A stretch of DNA of 64,000 bases from the human T2T-CHM13v2.0 reference genome, Homo sapiens. The position numbers were made by a program, and so were the translations under genes. The notes beneath the pieces are model-generated. The model was given only the letters and a program-made list of their open reading frames with translations. It ran no database searches and was not told the origin of the DNA. Where the stretch lies: NCBI RefSeq assembly GCF_009914755.1, contig NC_060928.1. One strand, written 5' to 3'. Positions 35,133 to 48,729 of the stretch are shown in pieces (position 1 is the first letter of the stretch; every line of letters starts with the position of its first letter).

Positions 35133-38100
35133 AAGAATATTGACAATAACAAATATTGATAGCTGTACAAGAAAATGCACATTCTCATATGCTTTCCATC
35201 TGAAGAATAACCTTTCTGGAAAGCAGTTAGCAACGTGTATCACAATTAAAACATGCATAACTTTGACCCAGCAATTCCTTTCTAGGAATTCATTTTAAGA
35301 AAGGAACTAAACAGGTGAGTAAAAATAAGGATCCTCAAGTCATTAATTATTATAGTGAAAAGCTCGAAACAACCTGAAGTTCCAACAAATGGGAGTTAGT
35401 TATTACAGTACATACACAATTAATATTATATGGCCATTTCAACCTACAATATAAAGATTTGTATTCACATGTGCTGTGGTATCTGTGATTTACTAAATAC
35501 TTTAGCAAATATAGTGTGATATAGATTACATGGTTGTTGTGCCTTTTTCTTTATCGTTTAGGCTACACCCTAGGAGGAGACAATTGTTCTAATCAGAACT
35601 CCACACCCTAGGGCAGTCAGCTAGCATTTTATCAAAAAGGCCACACTCCAGAGGCGATTACTAAAAGCCCTTCTGTAATCCACATCTCTAATCAACAAGA
35701 AAGGTTTTGCTAATTAGCATACTGAATTTCAGAAATGGGTTTTCATAGGAGAAATTAATGGTTGTTAATGAACATAATGGATATTAGAAATGGGCAATCA
35801 TTGGTGAAATTTGTGGAATTCAAGATCTGTAAATTGACTAAAATGTTTCAGAGACGCTTTCTCCTCTTGCATGAACATCATTAAAAAAAAAGAAAAGAAA
35901 GTGTTTAGAGAGGCCCGAGGCCTGCATTTTCAGGGTTGATCCCTGAAGAGTCCTGCATTCAGCCATCAGTTTAAAGACTTCCGGTTGCCTATTGCCAGCT
36001 ATAAGGGTAAGCGAATCTTGTTTGAGCTATAGGATTTGCCCCAAGTGAACCTTTCAATGAAGTTATGGTTACAGCCCCCAAGAGGAAAACTTACAGGACT
36101 TCAATGAATTTATGGAACAGGTTAAATATATTGTTTTGCTAACGGTTGCTTCTTTATTGAATATCTGCCTACGTGGTAGAATTAATTCTGAGATCCACTT
36201 TCATTATAACCTGGGAGTAAGATCGTGAGGAGTAGATAACACTCACCCCTTCTCTCTTTTCACATAACTATTCCTTTTAACCCAGAACCAAGAGTTGCGC
36301 GTGACTCAGGCTGCAAGCGGGACGACTCAGAAACAGATGTAAGACAAGTGAGACAAACACCATCTTCCCCAAGTATTCCAGAGGATGAGGATCTTGAGAC
36401 AGGAAAGGAAAAGGCTGATATTTGGGTTATATTTTTATAAACAGGAAAAAAAATAAAGCTAAAATTTGTCTTTCAAAAAGGAAAGTAAAAATAGAACGGG
36501 AGGGAGGAGAGATGCATGAGAAAATATCCAGGGAATTCCATCAATGTAAACTGCCAGCTGGGAATTGATATTTCACCCCTATTCTTGCCTTCAGTGCTTC
36601 CCCCCCTTCCCCCGCCAACAGTAGGATTTGGGACCTAAATTACCTAGAAAATTGCTTCTCCTTTTTTTTTTCACTCTGTCAGAGTTCATCATGTCATAAG
36701 TGAATGAATACGTTTGAACAGGCACAAACTTTGAAATATTTACCCTATCCACTTCTCTTTTCCTCTCCCCAAAGGCAGTCAACAGTATTTAGTTTATTTC
36801 CTACCATTTGTTTTAACCAGGAAGATGTTGGTTTTGGTTATTTAAATTACTGTCATTTTACATTGATTCCCGATGCTGCCTTTCCACCTTCCTCTCTCTC
36901 TTCTACTATATAAAGTAGTCCCTGATTTATTTCCCCAAGCCCCCTTTTCTACTTCCCTCTCTGTTGCTTTCTTCTCCTTTCTACATCTCTCTCTTCTTAT
37001 TCCTATTCTCTAGCAATCCAGGTGCCCAGAGAAAACAATAGTAACTTAAGAAACAGCCTGGTGAGAAGACGTCCTGAGAGAATTTCATAAAGTTATTAGT
37101 ACATCCCAACATGAAATGGCATGTTTTTTATAAACCCAAGTTTTATAAAAACTTATCTTCACTGAAGACTGGAAAAAATAATAACCAAATGGTAAAGTTT
37201 TCCAGAATATTTTTTTTCTGGTTTTAAAAAGGCAGACTAGAAACAGATGTAAGTTAGGAAGGCTAAATCACAAAACCCAAGAATGCAAGCCTTACAGAAT
37301 TCTGATAAGCATGTCATGAATCACCATTTTCTCTTCAAACAACACTTTAAAAAAAAATACTATTTGATTTTAAACTCACCCATCTCTGTCTGGATGAACA
37401 TATGTTACCACACAGATTATTACCCTTTGAAAACATCCACTGCTATACAAACCAGCAGGAAAAGGGAAATTTCTGGCAGGAGGTGGGCAATAAGACAGGA
37501 GAGCTCTGGCCCTTTTAACTGCTGTTAAGTAGCTGGCTGTTTCCTTTCCGCAACCCCTCTGTCCCCCTTCTGCTGCTATGACTGTTGTTTCTGCTTTGCA
37601 AGGACATGTCATTTTACTTACTACTCTCTCTCCCCCTTCTTAATTGGCCTGCAATAAAAATACAAATTGCACCATTGTACTTTATTATTAGCCATTTGAT
37701 GGGCCCAAAACTGCTTCATAAGTACTGCCTAGAGGGTATTAATCAGACCTGCTGACTCTCCTAAGCACCCACTTTTATATGTTGACCCCCAGATGAGGCC
37801 AGTGGGTGGTAACTTTACCCCCTCCCATGGGAGCATTTACCTGGTCCCTTCTCCATTAGCAAAGGCACAACTGAAAGGTGTGGCGCCTGTCCTGCAGGAG
37901 CCAACTACACAGCCCAAATCTCTCCTCCGCACATTAGCTTTAATGCCTGTTGTACTTTATGGACACGAAAAGTCTGTCTCGTTTTTCCCCCTCTCTCTAG
38001 GTACTAGAGCATAAAGCAAATGTCTGAATCTTAAAACAGCAGCTAAGCTTCATAATCTTCTGTAAAGTCTCATGGCCTGGTAAAGACAGCCCCTGTTTCT

Positions 38101-39464
38101 TGGAAGTAAAATCAAGGAAAATTGTGGTTCCCCAAAAAGGATGTGGCAAGAGCGAGGTTCCAGCTAGATAAGAATAAGGTGATGGCTCCATGGGGTATTT
38201 TTTGCTGTGCTGGTCCCATTCGGTGCATATCATTGTATGTTTCAATAGGGAACTCTTATTGAAGATCTGCTTATGTTGTAATGACGATAAAGGTCTGTTG
38301 TGAGATTTCAGTTTCACAAAGCTCTATTCTTTGTGTAAGCCTCACCACCAACTTTCTGCTGTCAGATACCTTGGAATTCACATCATTTGTGTGCTCTGAA
38401 ACATTAAAATGGAAAAAATGGTAAAAATTTTTCCATGTAAATAAAAAGCAAAATGGTGGAACAAACTGATTATGGCCTAATCTCTGTCTTAACTTATTCA
38501 TTCAGTAACTTACTTATAAGAAGTGCATCTGTACCTCTATGCCAGAAACTATGTGCTCCATTGATTACTGAACATATTGGTATATGCTCACAATTCGGTG
38601 TGGAATATGATGGAACTTCCATCTTATTTAACTTAATGTAATGCATCATTTATGGTTTTGTCTAAGGTCCTAGTTTTTCTGCCCCATATCATTTCTTCAA
38701 CATCTCTACTTTTTTGTTTACAAATGTTCATGAGTTCCAAGATTTTGTGGCCATAAGGATTCTTCAGAAGGACATTTCAGCTCCAAAGCACGATTTCAAC
38801 AGCAATGCCTTCAATGGAGTAATTATCAGATTAAGGGAATTCCCAATATAACACTTGCCTTCTGATGTTATTGCTTCTGATGTTTCTGTTTACATCTCAG
38901 AAGCACACACATCACTTGTAGATGTCTCACTCTCCTTCATTCGGGGTTCCTACAAATCAGTCAACATATATTCGGCAAACTGGAGGCTTCAGGTCCGGTT
39001 TCTTTCAGGATAATTACTCCTCTCAGGCAATAAGCTCATAGATCAAAGACCTGGGCACAGAACTCAGGAAGCACCAATTTTCAAACCCACTAAGAGAACG
39101 AGAAGGAGCAGTGAGAAGGAGTGAAAGCAAAACAGGACATAAAGAAAAGGACATCATAGAAGCCAAAAAACAAAAGAGTCAAAGAGGATATGTTTCTGTG
39201 AAGAAGACATGCTGGAGGACCAAGAGAAGAATAAAGAGTAGATTCTCACCAAAACAAGGAAGACCCCACAGAAAACAGACAGGGTGACACTCAGTGGCCA
39301 TGCATTGGACAGGTTAGCTGGTAAACTATTTGAGGGGCAGCAAAACAGAAATGACTGTTATTTCCCTTATAATTATCCTAACACCTAGCACAGTGCTAGA
39401 TAAATAGATGGATAGGTAGGCCCATAGACAGCTACATAGAATATATAATAAGCATTAGTTTCTG

Positions 39465-39644
39465 TGTATGTGTGTCTATATATGTGTGTGTGTGTATATA
39501 TATATATATATACGTTTAAATTTTTGTAGAGATGGGGCTTTACTACATTGCCCAGGCTGGTCTCGAACTCCTGGCCTCAAGTGATCCTCGCACCTCGGTT
39601 TTCCAAAGTGCTGAGACTACAGACATGAGCCACCACACCCAGCC
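39465..39644 (-). mobile_element. FLAM/AluJ left monomer with (TG)n(TA)n tail
   Basis: TTTTGTAGAGATGGGG..TTGCCCAGGCTGGTCTCGAACTCCTGGCCTCAAGTGATCCTC..GAGCCACCACACCCAGCC. Confidence 0.88.
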
Positions 39645-39749
39645 CTATTTTTCCACCTGAAGCACAGGAAATGACTTCTAAAACACAGCACACAGAGTGG
39701 ATGCTGTCAGTAGGAACCTTGGTAAAATTTTATGTTGGTTTGTTTCTTT

Positions 39750-39930
39750 AGGAGGCAGCATGGAACAGAGAAAAGTTGAGTGGCAGCAAGTTAAGAGAGC
39801 AAGATTTGAGCTCTGACTCTTCCATGACAAACCGCATAACCCTGAGCTAATCCCACCACCTCTCTGGGCCTCAGTCACTATCATAGTAAAATTAGGGGAG
39901 TGGGCTCTGTGATACTTTTTCCAACTACAA
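39750..39930 (+). mobile_element. MIR-family SINE
   Basis: GGAGGCAGCATGG..CCTCTCTGGGCCTCAGTCACTATCATAGTAAAAT. Confidence 0.6.
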
Positions 39931-40239
39931 AATGTTGTACAAAGCATCCTTACGGCTCTCCCACCTGAAGGCTTACCCTTTAAGCATCCATGCAAATATT
40001 TTTCCCTAGCTATCAAGTCCTTCAGACCCCTTATGCTATGCTCTGGCTGTATGTACCTAATTCTTGCACATAAGCTCATCCTTCTAGAAATGCCCATTTG
40101 CTTCCAACCTTCATTCCTGCAGCGTAGCCAGCCTCAGCTGAGCATTATAAGGGAGGTAACAGATTATTTAGTTGACTCTATTCTCACCCAGTAAATTGGG
40201 CTAGTGTGCATAATATGTCCTCCATTGGCCCCTCCGCAC

Positions 40240-40655
40240 GCACTATCCTTTACTCAGAGCTCCTGTACCCTCTGGCCAATGGGAAGCCTGACAGGAAATC
40301 AGAGGAAGGAGAAAAGGAAAACAAGGTTGGGGCATGTATTTCCCTGGCTGCTTCCTTGTGAGGCTTCCTGGAGATGACCGGTTCCTTTATTAGAGGTAAC
40401 CCAGGAATCATGCTCTACAGTGCTCTCCTTTTACAGTTTGGTAACTGGGTTTGGTAACCTGGTTTAGTAACCTCTTGCTCCCTACCCCCTTTCATCTCAG
40501 GAGTGGTAAGAGCTCAACTGTTCTGACTCCAGCTTCCTGAATTGTCTTTCCCAGTTTCCATTCACCCACACCTTTGTACATAAGGTTCCTTAGATTTTTC
40601 TTGAATTATCCTAATTTGCATTCATTTGTTTTCTGTTAAGACCCTGATAGATACA
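40240..40655 (+). mobile_element. LTR33-like ERVL LTR
   Basis: GGCCAATGGGAAGCCTGACAGGAAATCAGAGG..GGTTGGGGCATGTATTTCCCTGGCT.. ending TGTTTTCTGTTAAGACCCTGATAGATACA. Confidence 0.7.
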
Positions 40656-42629
40656 GAGAGGCATGGCTGGGTTTTTTGGAGGGAAAGAGTATTTTAAAAC
40701 TTGCTTGTTCATGTAAATTAATCTCTAGTTGGTAAAATGAGTAAACATTGGTAAATGTTTGTTTACCGTTGGTTGGTAAAACAGTTTTGTTTTTATAAAG
40801 CTGAGGTTTATTCTTGGCCCTTGGCCTATTCATTCCCTTTACCTCCCTACAAAATCTGAAAGACTGTGATCCTTAGTCTATATCAATCCAAACCTTGGTC
40901 AGATTTTATTTACTATAATTAAAACCAAATCTAAACACATGAATTTAGGACTAATTTATCCAAATCATATTATTCTCTCCAAAATACATGTCCTGCAAAC
41001 ACAATATGTATCGTTTGTTCCACCTATTTTGAATTAATTGGTTTTAAATAGCCCTCAAAGAAAAGACACCTATTTACCACACATGAGAAGCTTCTATTAT
41101 AACATGAGCACCTCAGAGTAGGCAGCATCAGGCAATGTTACTTGAATTCCCAAAAAAGGAATGGCCAGACTAAGCAAGTAAAGGGGCATGGAGCCAGTTG
41201 GATTTAGCCATCCATTTAATATATTCTAACTCCAGTAGAAGTGGCCTTCGAGGAAGTTGCACTACCTACTTGACATGTCTTTTTATATTATGTGTTACGA
41301 GGGATTTTTTTTTCTTGACCTGGTTTTGCTTAACAAGCACCATATTTGGAATATGTGCTTGGGGTTTCTATTCCACAGTAGCTCCTGAAAATAGAGATGT
41401 TCTTCTTATTCATATACAGGAAATGTCTAATTCCTACCTCTGAATAGTCTAGGTTAATTGCCTCACTTAATATCCTACAGCAGCAAATTCTACAGCCTAA
41501 TTCAATGTTTCACTAGAAAAAAAAAAAAACCTTTGTGTGAAATTGGGTCTTTAAGTTAGGCTGAGGAGGGGGAGAAGTAGGTGTTAGCATTCACCTCTCC
41601 CCCAAATAAATGTTACCTTGATTAGCAGTCTCTAGAGAAAAAGTGTAAGCACATCTCACTCTCCTCTTCATGAAGCCAATCCAACATGTATGTATCATCA
41701 AGTAAAAAAGCTGGCTCTGTGAAGCATCTACAGAGAAGCTTGTATCTCTGTATATAAATCACATCTCTTCCCTGTGACAAGTCGTGTCCAGGCAAAGCTT
41801 ATTACAAATTCAGTTTGAAATCTCGAGAAGGAATAGGAAAAAAATAACAACAGCTTTATGGAGCTATGCTCAGGAAATGACTTGAACTCATCCCAATTTT
41901 AAAGTTCCATTCTATACAGCAAGCAGCTAAAACCCCATTTTCTGGGGAACTGCCCTTACAGGGAAGGTGTGGCAAAGCCATCTGCTGCTTTATAGTGGTT
42001 TTCAGTCTTGTTTTTCTGGTCCAGCTATGAAATTGTACTAATCACAGAAACAGACTGTTTGGCCAGGAAGCAGTGTATGCCAGATACAAGTGAATTTAAG
42101 CCCACATGTATTGAAGCTGCAAGCTTAGTTTGCAATTTATGTGCAAGTGGTTTTGTATTTATTGATCTGGATCGAGTGCAGGTCCTATAGGAGAAATATG
42201 ACAGATTTCATCTGTCTGACAGCCAAGTCTAATTGTATTTTCAGTCTAAAATGACCAAAGACAAAAGTACACATGTCGAGAGTCTTCACTCTGGTGCCAT
42301 ATGGAGTATTAGATACAGGACTGTGGTCACTGTAAGTGTTCATTTTAATAATTAGACACAGGCTGCATCCTGAACAGCTAAAGCAAGAGAGGTGAGAGTT
42401 TTTAATTCAAATCTGAATTAATAGACCATCTGATTCTGCCTGAATGTGGGTGGGCCTTTTTAAAGACTGCCTTTTATAGACATGATTGGAGGGAATGTAA
42501 AATAAGTGTCATATATTATTGATTCATCTGGACCATGAAACTTCCAAGCCAAAAGTCAAATACTTCCCGCAATGGTTGTCACTAAAATTATAGCCAATAC
42601 TTCTGGGAAGGCCTGCATCTTAAAAATCA

Positions 42630-42875
42630 AAAACATCTTCCATTTCTTTCTCTCTTTCTCTCTTGATACTCCTGTGTTCCTCTTTCACTCTAGGGACCTT
42701 TGTGATTAAATCAGGCCCCACCCAGATAATCTAGGTTTGTCTCCCCATCTCAAGATTCTTAGCCTTAATCACTTCTACAAAGTTCCTTTTGCCACGTAAG
42801 GTAACATATTCAGTTTTCAGGGATTAGCATGTAGAAATTTAGGGTTGTAGGGGTGCATTCTTCCGCCTACTGTAC
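42630..42875 (-). mobile_element. MLT1D/E-like LTR 5' half
   Basis: GGCCCCACCCAGATAATCTAGG..CTCCCCATCTCAAGATTCTTA..AATCACTTCTACAAAGTTCCTTTTGCCACGTAAGGTAACATATTCA. Confidence 0.78.
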
Positions 42876-42879
42876 CTAC

Positions 42880-43262
42880 CTTGCCAGTCTTATTTCATAA
42901 AATTATCTCCTACTTTTCCATCAGTTCCAGCCCCACTGATGTTCTTATAAATCCTCAAATAAACCACAGTTACCTTTGTAACAGGACCTTTGCATATACT
43001 AGTCCCTCTGACTTCACTTAATTTACTCTTAACCATCTTACAAATCAAATACCCTCATAGTATCATAGTTTTTCCTTATTACACATCACAGTTTTCAGTT
43101 GTACACATATTTTTGTGATCACTTGATTAATGTCTCTTTCCCTACCAGACTATAAGCTCCATGAGGATAGAGATCATTTCTGATTTTGTTCACTTTTGTT
43201 CCAGGGCCTAGAAGAGAGAGCACATAGTAAGCATTCAATGAATCTTTGTCGAATGACTAATT
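42880..43262 (+). mobile_element. L2 3' region
   Basis: CAGGACCTTTGCATATACT..CCAGACTATAAGCTCCATGAGGATAGAGA..GCACATAGTAAGCATTCAATGAATCTTTGTCGAATGA. Confidence 0.8.
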
Positions 43263-43350
43263 CATACCGGTAAGTGATAGCCCTCAGCTGTCATGGATAT
43301 TAGCAGTAATTGATATACACACACCTGGATTAAAGAAAATACAGACATAT

Positions 43351-43860
<510 letters not shown>

Positions 43861-44364
43861 GATGCCCTGAGATTATTTTCATATGAGCACGTGGGTGTCT
43901 GGGACAATAGAACAAACCTAGCTGAAGTACATGGGTGAGGAGACTATACCCATGCACATGCAAACACATTTCGTAATCCCTCTGTCCACTGTGTGGGAAA
44001 TTTGGAGAACATTCATAAAGACCAATAAACTGAGTCAGGCATGTCAAAGAAAGTTCTGTGAACATGACTAGGGTGATCCCTCCTAGCCCTCACCACTAGG
44101 TAATGGACTGGGGAAGGAGAGAACTTTGAAAGATGCAGGTATGCATAAAGCTGGCCAGAACCTTCGTTAGTGCCCCAGAAGGTAAACTGTAAACCCCAGG
44201 AAAGGTGAAAGAAGAAGTTAGGTCATAAAAATGATCCCTGCTGGCCTCCCTTCAAGAGGAGAAGAAAACCTGGCCAAGGGCAGGACCTTACTAGAGACCA
44301 TCTGCTTCATAAGAATTCGCACTTGGGGGTTAATCACCCCTCACCCCTGCAACCAAGGTACAGA

Positions 44365-44620
44365 AGAGTTAGTGAGGGCAGTCTTGTGGGACTGAGCCAA
44401 ACCTGTGGGGCCTGTGCTCACTCCAGGAGTTAGCATTAGAATTGAACTGAATTCTTAGATACCCAGCTAGTGTCTGAGAAGTGAAGAATCACTTGGTGTC
44501 AGAAAAGATGGCACATATTTGGTGTCAAAGAAGATCAGAGAGATGGGTAAAAAAATTAGAGATGAAAGGTAATAATATTCTAGGCTAGGAGAATTTGGGT
44601 CCACACACACAACAGGAAGT
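44365..44620 (+). mobile_element. MER21-family LTR 3' fragment
   Basis: GAGGGCAGTCTTGTGGGACTGAGCC..AACCTGTGGG..CTCCAGG..AGAATTGAACTGAATT..ACCCAGCTAGTGTC. Confidence 0.7.
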
Positions 44621-46204
44621 ATTGCCTTCAAATTATCCTGCTGATGAGGTTGGCAAGGTAGGTCCTTGAATGCCAGCTCAGGAATTTGGGTATATTCCTA
44701 CAGTTTAAGTATATTTAGCTATTATAGATTTGGGAGCATGAAATAGCTTAGAAATTTTTCTCTTATCACAAAGGAAACTTCTACCTTGAGCAAAGAAGCA
44801 GCAGTAGCAAATTTATAAAATATATTTACACATCAAGGAAGAAACCAATTGTTTGCTTTTTAACCACACATACCAATATCATTAATTAGCATTAGTACTG
44901 TTTATAACTTACATTTAACTTTATTGAAGTTTTACTAGATAGCCAAAGTTAGTCAACACTCTCATGGTGGAGTCAAGCATGACTTTAACAAACAATTTTA
45001 AATTAAAGCACAAAAACTCAAAGACAGTTCATGAATATGATAGCTTTTCTTTCCAGCACTATTGGCTGGTTTTAGCCATATCAATTTCCAAAGAAATGAA
45101 TACTACCTAGGACACTCCCTTGTATCTGGGATTACTGTCAACTCAATTGAAACGAATTCTAAGTTCTGCTTCTAATGCTTCTTTTTGCAGGTTTAAAAGA
45201 TGCATTTTGGAGTTTTGCACTGTTGGACATCCAATTTACGTCGTTGTAAGGAGCTGCTAAGCAGTTTATCTTCTATCCATTTTAACGATCAAAACTGAAT
45301 TCCAATGAAACCCTTGTACTGTTAGTATTGTACTATTCTATACTGCCTGTTGACCTGGGAAAAATGGCCCAAATTTAGTGCTAGCTTTATTAAATGCATT
45401 GTAAACAAACTACTATGTATAAAGCCCTACAAATCAAGTCAGTCTTTAGGGCAAAAAAATTGATTAAATTTAAGATCTGACACCAGCCTGCCTAAGCAGG
45501 AGTATACTGCAAAAGGTTCAAAACATCAGAGTAAACAACTAAGAAAGGCGTCTCCTCAAACAGATGCATGAATCTAAGCCACACTAAACAAGGACTTTGA
45601 CATTGTGTGAATTCAAAATTAATTTGTTTTATTATTTCCTCTCACTGCAGTGCCACAAAAATCTAATTTCTTTTTAAAGTTTCCAAAAGAAGCAAGGTTG
45701 TTGGTGGTGGTTGCCATGAATATCCAATGAATGATTCATTCTTGTTCAAGTGGAACCCATGGGAAATGTTGCCAATAACTTGGTTTATTTCTTATCTTCA
45801 GTTCTCAGCAGACAACGTATTTGTCTATATTTTTATAAAGAGTCAAATTTTTCAGTTAGTGTACAAATAATAACACAACGTGATGATTGCATTTGGTCTC
45901 AGTCCTCAGGGCTTTGGGAGAGAAGAAAACTCCATCATCTTGATCAACAGTGTGGACTATGATTTCTACAGCCTGCTGGGAAGTCCTGGAAGAGGGTAGA
46001 GGAAGGGTGATCTGCACAGTTATAAACCCTTAGATGCATCACCAAAGGAGCAGATAGCATCTAGCCAGATAACTCCAATTGACTTTCCACATTTCGGGAC
46101 TACTGCAGGGAACTGGGATGTTCAGCTGCGTTCACCTGTGTTGCTCTGTGGGGCAGTGTGAAGAAGGGCAACACTCCCGTATGTCTGAATCTCTCTTTCT
46201 CTTT

Positions 46205-46342
46205 TTAACCTCGGGCAAATCTCTTCACCCATATGTAAAAATGAGGAAATACCCTTCAGGATTATTCTGAGGTGTAATTAAAATACTATAGGAAAAATGC
46301 CTAGCATAGCACTGAATATTGTTGGTCCTCAGCAAATGTCAT
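46205..46342 (+). mobile_element. MIR SINE fragment
   Basis: CCTCGGGCAAATC..CATATGTAAAAATGAGGA..GGATTATTCTGAGG..CTCAGCAAATGT. Confidence 0.6.
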
Positions 46343-46359
46343 CTCGCAATCTCCCTTAA

Positions 46360-46394
46360 TTTCCATGATATCCATGAAAAGGATATCATGGAAA
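46360..46394. repeat. Perfect inverted repeat, 14-bp arms with 7-nt spacer
   Basis: TTTCCATGATATCC (46360-46373), ATGAAAA, GGATATCATGGAAA (46381-46394). Confidence 0.95.
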
Positions 46395-48729
46395 GGTGAT
46401 TTTCCACACTCTCCCCATTACAAGTACAAAAATTACAATCACACTTAATAAGCCCTGGGCCCAACCCTGATTTTGACATAAATTCAATCCCTATTAAGGC
46501 CATATGAGTAGTCCACAAAAAGAAGTATCTGAACTACATTCCCTGATCTCTAGTCAAACCCTTTTCCCAGCATTACACCAGCCTCTATGTCATTGGGACC
46601 CAGTAACTAAGTGGCCAGAAAATATTCTCTATTCTAGGAGCTCCCAAAGAATAAAAACTGGGATCTACTAATGGTCATGCAGTAGAGCCAGCCATGAATT
46701 AATACGATTCCATCAAGAGCCTTGCAAAGCTCTCTTTTCTGTCAGGTAGCAGTTAGAAAGTGCTCAAAGAGGCATTATTCTCTTCAGGTTCCAAACGTCT
46801 CCTGTAGAAACCCAATGCCCCAAAGCCCCAGCTCTGTCCCCCAGCCCACCTCACTGTAGCCTTTTATCTGATACACTAAGAGACCAACACTTGCTCATCC
46901 CACATAAAGACAATATTGCCTGCTTTTTCTTCTATTCTAAGGCTCGGAGGAAACATACCTTCTGCAACCATCCTAAACTCCTAGCTCCAGACACCTCCCT
47001 GCTCTCCAGGCAAACTTTTTTCTCAGCATTACACCTATTTCAGTATTTTTTCCCATCTCAAATAAGAAAAGCATTCACTCTGAGGCACATTTTTGAAGCA
47101 ATAAACACTCACTTCTTTGTGGAAAAATAGGCAATTTTCAAGTAACCTTTGGAAACATCTAAATAACCCACACATATTTATGGCTGAGTGACTCTATGGA
47201 TTGAAGAAACTTTAAGCCCGTGTTTGCAAAGATTTCCATTAACATCTTTGAGCAATCTCTCATCTCATTTTGAAACAAATGGCTCACTCAACAGAAGAGA
47301 ATCTGGTTTGTTTGTTGTGCGTTCTTTTCCTCCTCCCCAGCTTGGCTCCCTAAGCAGAGATTTGATGTGTGCACGAAACACTCATAGAAGCTCAAATGGC
47401 GAATCTTCACCCAGAGGTCACAAGGTCCTGGGGGTGAAGGCAGAAGCCTCTACCGGTGTCCAGGGTCAGCGTTTTTCTCTCATTTTTAACTGAACCTCCA
47501 TTTCACCTCATCCCCACTCCTTCCTTCTTGCAAGAATAATTCCCCAAGGAAAAGGAAAAAGGCTCTCATCTTCCTACCACCCCCACACTGCAGCAGGAAT
47601 ACGCTGTTTTTAAAGGGTTTGTTCTCAGGAGAAAATGCCATAAGCTCTATTTATCTGTAATCCATTTCTCTCTCTACTCCAAGATTAAGGAATTAATGAC
47701 TGCTACAGCTGCTGTCCTTAGCACATTAATTACTGTAAATTGTCTGCAGCCTCCAAAATAAAAATTGACTCACTGACAACGGTGAGAGGGCAAGGATGTA
47801 CGCAAAACATTAGGTACCTGACCTAAGTAATAAATCAGTGTAGCATCAGCCCAAGAAGAGAGATACAAGCTTGTGCACTGAGTTTCCACCCACAGGCTTA
47901 AGCACAGAGGAAGCAGTGGGGCCAGGTGAGAGTGGGTGAAAGAGGGGAAAAATACATTGTATGTACACATCACTTTCCTCAAGGCCCAGAACAGATCAAA
48001 TATTAAGGAAAATTACTCTCAGAGTAGTTCATAAAAGCCTGCATCATTGCAAGCCCTTTAAGTTCAGTACGTTGGCTGTTATTACATTTCCTAAGATCCT
48101 TACGGATGGAACGTGGTGAATAAAGGTATTTACAATGACTTCCACCCTGGTTTCCTTGCACCCCGCACTCTAGGTACACCCAGTTCCCATTCCAGGAGCC
48201 CACACCTTGCCCTCCTCAAAATCCTTTCATGTTCCATTTTCTCTCTGTGATGCATCTTCCCCTTTTCTGCTCTTTCTCCATCCAACAGTTTCACTAATTC
48301 TTAGCCCCAACTCAATGTCCCCTCCTCCTGGAAACTGCCTGAGCTCCCCTAGTTCTTCCTGCATGTTTCCATGGAACTCATGTCTTTGTCCCCCAATGTC
48401 ACAGTCCCAAAGCTGTGAGCATCCTGAGGGCTGGGCTCCTGTAATTTTTACCAACTCCTTGCTGCTCCTCTCTTCAGGTGTCGCCATCCCCTCACCCTAC
48501 CCCAGCATCTTCCCTTTTCCTTCACAGTCAAACTTCCCTTCAAGGTCCTTTCTTCCTCGTCTCCCTTCATTCCTCAACCGCCTTTACCCCATTACTCCAA
48601 TACAGCTGATCTCTCTAATCCCTGCGGCACACTTTAAACCTATCTTCATGAAACTACCCCAAATTGGAAGCTCTGTTTTGACCCTTACCCTCATCTCTAA
48701 GCAATGATCAAGCTGTGGCAGCTCCAGGT

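Larger units (their letters stand above)
33848..35450 (+). mobile_element. Old L1 (L1ME-like) 3' region interrupted by L2 and FLAM
   Basis: 33848-33908 CACTAGTAATTAAAAATGCAAATAAAATGAGAT..ACCTATCAAAT. Resumes at about 34952 CAGCAAACATTAAGAATATTGA and 35133 onward (TTTGACCCAGCAATTCCTTTCTAGGAATT..GAAACAACCTGAAGTTCCAACA). Confidence 0.72.

Noticed and set aside
40436-40474. Three imperfect 12-bp repeats (TTTGGTAACCTG-like)
   Set aside because: Ordinary local slippage inside an old LTR33-like element.
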